A stretch of 12,049 nt of DNA from Octopus sinensis (taxonomy: Eukaryota), in assembly GCF_006345805.1 (NCBI RefSeq), contig NW_021826735.1:1-12049 (forward strand). The letters are read 5' to 3'. Positions 1-7,712 of this stretch are shown piece by piece. The notes below the pieces were generated by a model that was given only the letters and a program-made list of their open reading frames with translations, was not told where the DNA came from and did not search any database. How positions within the stretch are numbered: position 1 is the stretch's first letter; every line of letters starts with the position of its first letter. The position numbers were made by a program, and so were the translations under genes.

Positions 1-590
1 CGTTGGACGACATGTTTATAACATGGCGATAAGGATCAACACTTGAAACCCCATAAGAGTTTTGGTCAACTGTAAAGTTGGTTAATTTAAATGTATTCGG
101 TAAATTAATGTGGGCGGTGATAAATGCCAATGACCTGTCAAAAGTGGACCGAATGTGATATCTGTGGGATTTAATTGAAACCATGAGACATAACACAGCA
201 ATGTGATTCCTCAATGGATCGAATAGAAAATTTCCTAATAATAATTAGGAAATTCAAAATGGCTCCCACATGTCATATATATATATGTCGTAATTCATAA
301 TACACAGGTGAAATCGCTTATCGTATTCAGAAAAAATACCAAATACGTTACGAGTGAGTTGCAAGTATTTGCTGAAATCCCATCTCCATAAGAATAACGA
401 GACAGAAATTGCAGATACAGCTGTATGGAAAGCTAAGCCCCTGAATACATAAATCTGCTTTGGGTCTGTTGAAATGTTTATGTTTCATATAAATCGCCCA
501 GGAATGAATGGCAGTGCATGGAAATTATGGGATCATAGGGAATATACAAATATAAACATCGAAGTTAACGAATGTATGCAAGCTTTTCCT

Positions 591-675
591 GTATATATAT
601 ATATATATAATATATATATATAGCTTATATATATAAATATATATATATATACATACATATATAATATATATATAG
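591..675. repeat. (TA)n microsatellite
   Basis: Direct reading: imperfect TA dinucleotide run. Confidence 0.95.
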
Positions 676-693
676 ATACGATATTAGTTGGTT

Positions 694-760
694 GTCATAA
701 TAAAACTCAGTTTCGGATACGGGCTGAAGTCTGCTCCGGCATCTCATCAGTTATTAAGAC
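694..760 (-). ncRNA. Minimal type I hammerhead ribozyme motif (Penelope-like/retrozyme type)
   Basis: Minus strand reads GUCUUAAUAA-CUGAUGA-[GAUGC...GUAUC-C]-GAAA-CUGAG-UU-UUAUUAUGAC. The core boxes are intact, stem I has 9/10 bp, stem II is formable, and stem III is the near-palindrome AACU-G-AGUU. Predicted cleavage is after GUU, between 704 and 703. Confidence 0.8.
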
Positions 761-815
761 AAAACGCTTGCATTTTGTCTTAATAACTGATGAGATGCCG
801 AGCAGACTTCAGCCC
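721..815. repeat. Near-perfect inverted repeat (44/43-nt arms, 8-nt loop)
   Basis: 721-764 is the reverse complement of 773-815 except for one indel; loop is 765-772 (cgcttgca). Confidence 0.97.
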
Positions 816-898
816 CAGTAATTGTCACATATCATATTTATAGATAACTCCTCTAATTTTACATAATATCGAGGTCTTATTCATGCTTTTGTTGTCAT

Positions 899-987
899 AT
901 TATTATTATTATTATTATTATATATTATTATTATTATTTATTATTATTATTATTGATGATATATATATATATATAAATATATATATA

Positions 988-1032
<45 letters not shown>

Positions 1033-1036
1033 ATAT
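899..1036. repeat. Compound (TTA)n/(TA)n microsatellite
   Basis: Direct reading. Confidence 0.95.
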
Positions 1037-1408
1037 ACTCTTACCTCTTTTACTCTTTTACTTGTTTCCGTCATTTGACTGCGGCCATGCTGGAGCACCC
1101 CCTTTTAGTTTATTTTACTTATCGGTCTCTATTTTTTGCCGAACCGCTAAGTGACGGGGACTAAACACACCCAGCATCGGTTGTCAAGCAATGCTAGGGG
1201 GACAAACACAGACACACAAACACACACACATATACATATATATACATATATACGACAGGCTTCTTTCAGTTTCCGTCTACCAAATCCACTCACAAGGCAT
1301 TGGTCGGCCAGGGGCTATAGCAGAAGACACTTGCCCAAGATGCGACGCAGTGGGACTGAACCCGCAACCGTGTGGTTGGTTAGCAAGCTACTTACCACAC
1401 AGCCACTC
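1036..1408 (-). mobile_element. tRNA-derived SINE (octopus-type family), with internal deletion
   Basis: Highly similar to 4053-4493. The minus strand has an A-box-like tggctgtgtggt, a B-box-like gggttcagtccc, a CORE-like cttgggcaagtgtctt, an internal (CA)n(TA)n and a (gtaaaaga)n-type tail. It lacks ~35 nt present in the second copy. Confidence 0.9.
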
Positions 1409-1524
1409 ATATATATATATAAAGATAAGGATTACATTCAATAATACCAAAAGCAGCAAAAATACAATGTGTGTGTGTGTACACACATACACGCACGCAC
1501 ACATGCACATATACACAGACACGA

Positions 1525-1812
1525 GTGTAAATTGATTCTTTTTGCAAATTATCGTGCATTTTGCTGTGAATTTTCTGCAACTACGGTTCTTAGGAGTTCG
1601 ATATTAACAGAAGTTTGTTGCCCAAATCGAGGGATTTCTGTGAGGTAAAAATTTCCCGAGTGAAACGCACCAAACCATCGATGGTATCTGCAGAAAATTA
1701 AAGCTTCATATTTATTAGATAGAACAAGTATTCCTTGTCGATTCCATTCTGAAGAGCTCCTTTTAAATCCTTACTGCATACAGTGTTTGATGTGAGCCTG
1801 ATCTAAGCTCAT
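1525..1812 (-). pseudogene. Mariner transposase N-terminal HTH region, decayed
   Basis: From ATG at 1812: MSLDQAHIKHCMQ*GFKR...YHRWFGAFHSGNFYLTEIPRFGQQTSVNIELLRTVVAENSQQNAR*FAKRINLH. This matches the mariner pattern HIRHCMLYEFK...RWFxKFRSGNFSLEDxPRSGRP...LxxxVExNPxxTTRELA. Two in-frame stops. Confidence 0.85.
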
Positions 1813-1986
1813 TTCAAAAGAGTAAATTCGATGCGATTTTAACCATAAAGTAATCTGGAAAAAAAAAAGAATGAAAGAAAAATATGTTAGAATGTGAAAA
1901 TTTATGCTTATTTCACTTTAAGTACTGAAAAAGTACTTTGAAAGTGATCTTGTGAAAGATGTAACAGGACTTTATTTCCAATCTAA
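1525..1986 (-). mobile_element. Tc1/mariner (mariner-type) DNA transposon, 5' portion only
   Basis: Minus strand begins TA|TTAGATTGGAAATAAAGTCCTGTTAC (mariner-like TIR, ~1959-1986, flanked by TA at 1987-1988), followed by a 5' UTR and a decayed transposase N-terminus. No second TIR seen. Confidence 0.8.
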
Positions 1987-2005
1987 TATATAAAAAGTGT
2001 TCGAG

Positions 2006-2161
2006 ATAGAGAGAGCGAGAGAGAGAGAGAAAAAGAGAGGAAGGGAGAGAGAGCATGAAGGAAAGCACGAAAGGTAGAAAATAGAATAGAGCGAATAAAA
2101 GAAAATTATTAAATTTACTTCTTTACCTGAAGTGGAAGAGAAATTTTGGTTACTGCTACAG

Positions 2162-2194
<33 letters not shown>

Positions 2195-2195
2195 A
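2006..2195. repeat. (GA)n purine tract and (CAA)n microsatellite
   Basis: GA-rich at about 2006-2052; (CAA)n at about 2162-2195. Confidence 0.9.
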
Positions 2196-2611
2196 ACAAA
2201 AGACTAAAAGAAAAAAACAACAAAAAGCAAAAACTCCCACTACGAATGTAATCAGATACTAAAAAAAAAAGCCATCACGTGCAGGAAATGACGTGTACGT
2301 AAAACAAGGAAAGATAAGCAGAGAGTAAAAATATAAAATGCAAAATGTAAGTTAAAATTATCGAAAATTTGAGAGAGAGAGGTGGAGGGAGATAGAGGGA
2401 GAGAGAGGGAGAGGGGGAGGGAGAGAGAATATAAGTATATAATCAGGATAAAAGAAAATATTAGGCTAAATATAATAACCGTGTTTGTAACAAGTAAATG
2501 AACAAAAGTATGATACGCAACCACGTAAAATTGCATTTTCAGAATTGCCATCTCGTTACACTACTGAACTGTATTTATCGGCCATCTTTGTATACATACG
2601 TTCATACATAT

Positions 2612-2882
2612 GGGATATGTAAGACACTGCCTAAATACCAATCTTGAGAAATTAGGCTTCTCAAAACCAGAAAGGAGACAGCTAATTCGAAGATCACACA
2701 TCCAATCCACCACTGAAACTGTAAAGATCTGTAAAACTTTCCAGAAGTTTATCTTTTAAGTATATATGAGCATGTCTAGATATGTAACTATATGCATGAG
2801 AATACATACGTAAAGCTAAACATACAAATCTGCGCACATACATACATACATACAAGCATACATACATACATACATACATACA

Positions 2883-2913
<31 letters not shown>

Positions 2914-3097
2914 GTACATACATACGTGCGTACATACAAGCATATATACATAAAAAAGTCTTTGTTGTTGATGTTCAAATTCCAATGAAGGAACCTTGGA
3001 TGTAGGTTAGAAACCGGTTCTTTCTCTGTTAGCAAGAAATCTTGAAATAAAACTGAACAATGACACACATACATACATACATACATACATACATACA

Positions 3098-3128
<31 letters not shown>

Positions 3129-3140
3129 GTACATACATAC
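2612..3140 (+). mobile_element. 5'-truncated R4/Dong-like (RLE-type) non-LTR retrotransposon 3' end, with 3' UTR and (CATA)n tail
   Basis: 2613-2759 translates as GYVRHCLNTNLEKLGFSKPERRQLIRRSHIQSTTETVKICKTFQKFIF*, resembling the C-terminus of R4/Dong-clade ORFs (G-x-V...L-x-KLG...LQ..S/A..GT.KI.K/R). It is followed by UTR-like sequence and (CATA)n. Family assignment is by motif recall only. Confidence 0.6.
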
Positions 3141-3196
3141 ATGCATACAGACTGACAGACAGACATACGTACGTACGTGCAATCCTAAAAGAAAAG

Positions 3197-3594
3197 TCTT
3201 TATATATAAAAGTCAAGTTGTGTGTCTGTCTCCTACGATTTAGATTCCTAACTACTCCCACATTTTGCGGTGCAGTGTAACCAAAAGCGGGTATCTTATA
3301 GTCATGATTCATATCGAGCCCGTCTGGGTATTAGCGCGCGTCTACTATGAGTCTACGATTTTAAAAATAATTTACCATCATTTTTTTCTATTTTAATGCA
3401 TTTTTTCGCTATTATATAAGGGAAGTAACACTCTAAAAATGTCTACGATGAGTCAACGATTTAAAAAAATATTTACCATAAATTTTTTTCCATTTTTAAT
3501 GCATTTTTTTGCAATTTTTTGGCTATAACTCTCTAAAAATGCTTATATAGTTATTTCCCTTACAAATCCGAGCAACGCCGGGCGATACTGCTAG
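3197..3594 (+). mobile_element. Non-autonomous Helitron-like element
   Basis: Starts TCTTTATATATAAAAG (5' TC) and ends with the GC-rich hairpin tccgagc-aac-gccggg (3567-3582), then CTAG (3591-3594), followed by T. Contains two ~100-bp tandem units (3340-3440, 3441-3540). Confidence 0.75.
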
Positions 3595-3699
3595 TAAATA
3601 ATAAAACAACAGCAGCTGCAACAACAACAACAATAGCAAAAATGATTTCTTCCATAAGCCCAAAACCAAATCAATTTTGGGGTCAGGGAATGGGTATAT

Positions 3700-3915
3700 C
3701 TTTTATCTTTTACTTTTTGCCGCTATTGGCCTGCGGCCAATGTGGAGCATTGCCTTGAAGGACTTTAGTCGAGCAGTTCGACCGCAATACTCATTGTTTT
3801 ACAGTCTGGTACTTACTCAATCTATCTTTTTCACCGAAATGATAAATTATGTGGACGTAAACAAATCGACACCAGTATTGAAGCGTTAGAGCGGGAAACA
3901 AAGTCACACACACAC
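3700..3915 (-). mobile_element. Old, diverged 3' fragment of the same SINE superfamily
   Basis: tcttttatcttttactt...ctgcggcca...gagca..gccttgaag..tttagtcgagca..tcgacc...tggtactta...gacgtaaac aligns by eye with 4053-4260 at reduced identity. Confidence 0.75.
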
Positions 3916-3962
3916 GCACATGTATGTATAAATGCATGCATATATTGATATATATATATCTA

Positions 3963-4048
<86 letters not shown>
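3963..4048. repeat. (TATC)n tetranucleotide microsatellite
   Basis: About 21 perfect units read directly. Confidence 0.97.
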
Positions 4049-4049
<1 letters not shown>

Positions 4050-4052
4050 ATA

Positions 4053-4286
4053 TTTTACTCTTTTACTCTTTTACTTGTTTTCAGTCATTTGATTGCGGCC
4101 ATGCTGGAGCACCGCCTTTAGTCGAGCAAATCGACCCGGGACTTATTCTTTGTAAGCCCAGTACTTATCCTATCGGTCTTTTTTGTCGAACCGCTAAGTG
4201 ACGGGGACGTAAACACACCGGCATCGGTTGTCAAGCAATGCTAGGCGGACAAACACAGACTCACAAACACACACACACGCACACAT

Positions 4287-4329
<43 letters not shown>

Positions 4330-4493
4330 CGACAGGCTTCTTTCAGTTTCCGTCTACCAAATCCACTCACAAGGCATTGGTCGGCCCGCGGCTATAGCAG
4401 AAGACACTTGCCCAAGATGCCACGCAGTGGGAATGAACCCGGAACCATGTGGTTGGTTAGCAAGCTACTTACCGCACAACCACACCTGCGCCT
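4053..4493 (-). mobile_element. Full-length tRNA-derived SINE (octopus-type family)
   Basis: Minus-strand head is aggcgcaggtgtggttgtgcggtaag, with a B-box-like gggttcattccc, CORE-like cttgggcaagtgtctt, internal (TA)n(TG)n and (gtaaaaga)n tail. Near-identical blocks are shared with 1036-1408. Confidence 0.92.
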
Positions 4494-4515
4494 ATATGTA
4501 TATATATTATGTAAA

Positions 4516-4812
4516 GGCGCGTGGCTTAGAGGTATTCGGCTCACGATCGTAAAGTTGTGAGTTCGATTCCCGGCGACGCGTTGTTCCTTGAGCAAGACAC
4601 TTTCTCCAGTCGACTCAGGTGGCAAAAATGAGTAGCACCTGTATTTCAAAGGGCCGGCCTTGTCACAATCTGTGTCATGCAGAATCTCTCTGAGAACTAC
4701 GTTAAGGGTACACGCGTCTGTGGTGTGCTCAGCCACTTGTACGTTGATTTCACGAGTAGTCTGTTCCGTTGATCGGATCAACTGGAACAATCGTCGTCGT
4801 AACAGACGGACG
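4516..4812 (+). mobile_element. Second tRNA-derived SINE family
   Basis: tRNA-like head ggcgcgtggcttagagg, B-box gttcgattcc at 4561-4570, then ccttgagcaagacactt (a central-domain motif shared by many invertebrate SINEs) and a unique body. Confidence 0.8.
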
Positions 4813-5167
4813 GCCACTCTCTCACTCCTCTTCCCTTGTTCATGCGTCTACCACGTGACCATCGGCCATCTTTCTTTATTCTCCTATCTTGTGTTTCCTT
4901 CTTTCTCTCCGTTGTAGCTGGAACAAGGAGGACGTGTCCTTGTCTGTCTCCTGTCCAAGCTTGTTTTACGCGTTCGCCACCAAAACTGCGTTTAGGCTTA
5001 GCAGCCCTTCCTATTTGTTTTCACTGTTCTGTTCGTGTAACCTATTTTGACTCTCCACAAAATCCCAAATTTTATTTAATTTACTTTGCTACCAGCAAAA
5101 TATGAAGAATCTATATTAGAAATCTGTTTGGAATCTCCAAATTAAAGGAAGAAATATAATAAGCTAT

Positions 5168-5254
5168 TTACACACACACACACACACGCACTCATATGCA
5201 TATTATATATATAATATAAATATATATATTAGATATATATAATATATAGAATCT

Positions 5255-5290
<36 letters not shown>

Positions 5291-5291
5291 A

Positions 5292-5325
<34 letters not shown>

Positions 5326-5502
5326 TCTATATATATATATATATAGTATATATATATATATATATATATAAATGGCGGTGCCCCAGCATGGCCACAGCTC
5401 GTGAGCTGAAACTAGGATCAGTCAATCATATATAAGTATATATTTATATACATATATCTATACGTATATATATATATGTGTAGATATAGAATATATATAA
5501 TC

Positions 5503-5546
<44 letters not shown>

Positions 5547-5670
5547 CCTATAATATATATGTATATATATGATGTATTATAGTGTATATATATATATACA
5601 TACATTCGTATATTACATATATATATATATATCTATATATATATATATTATATATATATATATATATTAA
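5168..5670. repeat. Long imperfect (TA)n array with short (CA)n
   Basis: Direct reading. Confidence 0.95.
5374..5415 (+). mobile_element. Short SINE 3' fragment inside (TA)n
   Basis: ggcggtgccccagcatggccacagc...ctgaaac matches the reverse complement of 4078-4114 (ggcggtgctccagcatggccgca...ctgaaa). Confidence 0.8.
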
Positions 5671-5828
5671 AAGTCTTTCTGAAAATTACTTAGTACAGTT
5701 TTTAAGTCTAAAGGAAATTTTATCTTAAAGAGATTGTTAAAAAACAAAAGTTATAAAATCTGTTTATCAGAATGTTACTAATCTGTTTTGGAGGAAGTTT
5801 TTCGTAGTATGCGAGCGCTTTCGATTAA

Positions 5829-5950
5829 CACACACACACAAACACACAACACACACCACACACACATACACATACACACACACACACCCATACACACACA
5901 GATGCATATATGCATGCGTGTATGTATATGTATATATATATATATATATA
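5829..5950. repeat. (CA)n/(TA)n compound microsatellite
   Basis: Direct reading. Confidence 0.92.
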
Positions 5951-6126
5951 AATTAGATTAGCGATAAAACCACTATTAGGCAAATCAAACAGTGAAAAAC
6001 ATAAGCCAAAACATAGAAATAAAAATAATTAATATAATATACAAAATATATAAAATCCAAATTTAAATTTAAATATTTAAATTTAAAGTTAAAAATTTAA
6101 AATTATTACTTATGTTTATAAATTTA

Positions 6127-6186
<60 letters not shown>

Positions 6187-6320
6187 ATATTTTTTTTATA
6201 TTTTTAATTTTTGTATTTATTTTTTTTATTTATTTATTTTTTTAATGATTTTTAAAATAATTTTTAAAAATATATATAACTATCAAAAAGTATTAAAAGT
6301 TTAATATAAGATAAAAAGTA

Positions 6321-6425
6321 AAACCACTACGATCGTTTCATGCCCATAACCTAATTCGAATTACAATAATTTAAATTCAATTAATAATTCGAATTATGGT
6401 TATAGTCAATCCTCAGGTTAATAAT
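6321..6425 (-). ncRNA. Type I hammerhead ribozyme motif with long AU-rich stem II
   Basis: Minus strand: AUUAUUAAC-CUGAGGA-[UUGACUAUAACC...GGUUAUGGGCAU]-GAAA-CGAUCG-UA-GUGGUUU. Stem III is the perfect palindrome ACGAUCGU; the GUA site lies between 6328 and 6327. Stem I is weak and the stem II closing pair is U.U, so it may be inactive. Confidence 0.7.
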
Positions 6426-6836
6426 AATAGTAAATAAATAATCAAATATATTTAAACAGTATTTTTTTCAGAAATAAATAAAATAATAATTTTTCTTATA
6501 ATAATTTTTCTTATTCATTATTACTTATGAAATATATTAAAAATTAAGAGATTAAAGATGAAAAAGCAGATTGTAACCAAATAAACTATCTTAAAAGAAC
6601 GCTATAGCTATTTAACGAGCCATATATCTCGTTGGCTAATTAACTTACAAAAACCGTATAGTTAAGAACTAAAATGAAGTAATGAAATACATATCTTCAA
6701 CAACTAAATACTTATACAATGAAATTATCAATACGTATTTATATAGTATCCAATAAATACTACGAATATATTTATCAATGAAAAATACTACTACAAATTA
6801 TCAATTGAAAATAGCTATATATAAGTCAACTATTAG

Positions 6837-6884
6837 AGATATTAATGAATATACAAAATAGATATTAATGAATATACAAAATAG
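6837..6884. repeat. 23-bp perfect tandem duplication
   Basis: agatattaatgaatatacaaaat occurs twice (6837-6859, 6860-6882). Confidence 0.97.
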
Positions 6885-7305
6885 CTTAAAAAACACAATA
6901 AACTCACAAATATCCTTAACTCAGTTATAGTCCAAAAATTTAATTACCCAATTAATTAACTAAAAAAATCGTTATTCATATATTAGATTTAAGTGCACAT
7001 CTAACAATTATAAAAAATTAAAAATAATAACTAAATAACTATCAACAAATATAGTTATTAAAGACTAAAATTTATGCTATCAATAAATGTATAGACATGA
7101 AACCTAACTTTAAAAAAACTCGTATTACTATTAACGATCTATAAATCTCTTTGGCTAAGTAAAGTCTAACAAATATACATAACTTCATTACATAACAATC
7201 AGTATTTATATAGAATACAAAATTATACAATAAGACATTATTATTCCACATCCATGAGAATTTGAATGGAGTAAGCGGAGGAAGAGCACACATGAAACCG
7301 AAAAG

Positions 7306-7350
7306 TGTCGCTGAAGAGGTCACGGATGTGTGTCGAAAGACTTCCAGACA
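7306..7350 (+). ncRNA. Candidate (weaker) type I hammerhead motif
   Basis: UGUCG-CUGAAGA-[GGUCAC-GGAU-GUGUGUC]-GAAA-GACU-UC-CAGACA. Both core boxes are intact, stem II needs one bulge, stem I has 5 bp with one bulge, and stem III is marginal. Confidence 0.45.
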
Positions 7351-7519
7351 AGGAACATAAGTTAAAAAAAAAAAGATAGTAAACTACTGAAAAGCAAATA
7401 TATAGTGCGTGTGTTTACTTGGCAAATATGACCATCCCGAAATACAACAATATCTGTTTCAACACATGATTTCACATCAGGAATCTTGCAACACAAATTG
7501 ATTATATATGTATACATGA

Positions 7520-7547
7520 TACATACATACATACATACATACATACA

Positions 7548-7581
<34 letters not shown>

Positions 7582-7610
7582 CATACATACATACATGCAT
7601 GCATGCATGC

Positions 7611-7643
<33 letters not shown>

Positions 7644-7712
7644 TATATTATATATGTGTGTGTGTGTGTGTATGTGTTTGTGTGTGTGTTTGTGTGTGTG
7701 TTGTGTGTGTGT
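7520..7712. repeat. Compound (CATA)n/(TA)n/(TG)n microsatellite
   Basis: Direct reading. Confidence 0.95.

Noticed and set aside
1-246. Stop-free minus-strand frame of ~82 codons running off the window
   Set aside because: No recognisable protein similarity or splice context; it is the antisense of a better-supported decayed plus-strand remnant, or chance.
231-252. Small palindrome tttcctaat-aata-attaggaaa
   Set aside because: A 9-bp AT-rich stem is expected by chance at this composition.
2975-3025. Hammerhead-like CCAAUGA...AACCU/AGGUU-A-GAAA-CCGG-UU in the LINE 3' UTR
   Set aside because: Two core substitutions, unpaired base of stem II and no stem I pairing.
4516-4590. tRNA gene
   Set aside because: Only a degenerate A/B-box head without a full cloverleaf; it continues into a SINE body.
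4910-4965. Possible dead hammerhead (ctggaac...ggac/gtcc...aagctt)
   Set aside because: Both core boxes are absent or mutated.
5805-5823. Minus-strand CGAAA-GCGC-UC half-hammerhead
   Set aside because: No CUGANGA or stem II upstream (replaced by (CA)n); too short to distinguish from chance.
6000-7260. Possible mitochondrial insertion (NUMT) because of extreme AT content
   Set aside because: No recognisable mt-rRNA, tRNA or OXPHOS motifs; the segment contains a hammerhead motif instead.
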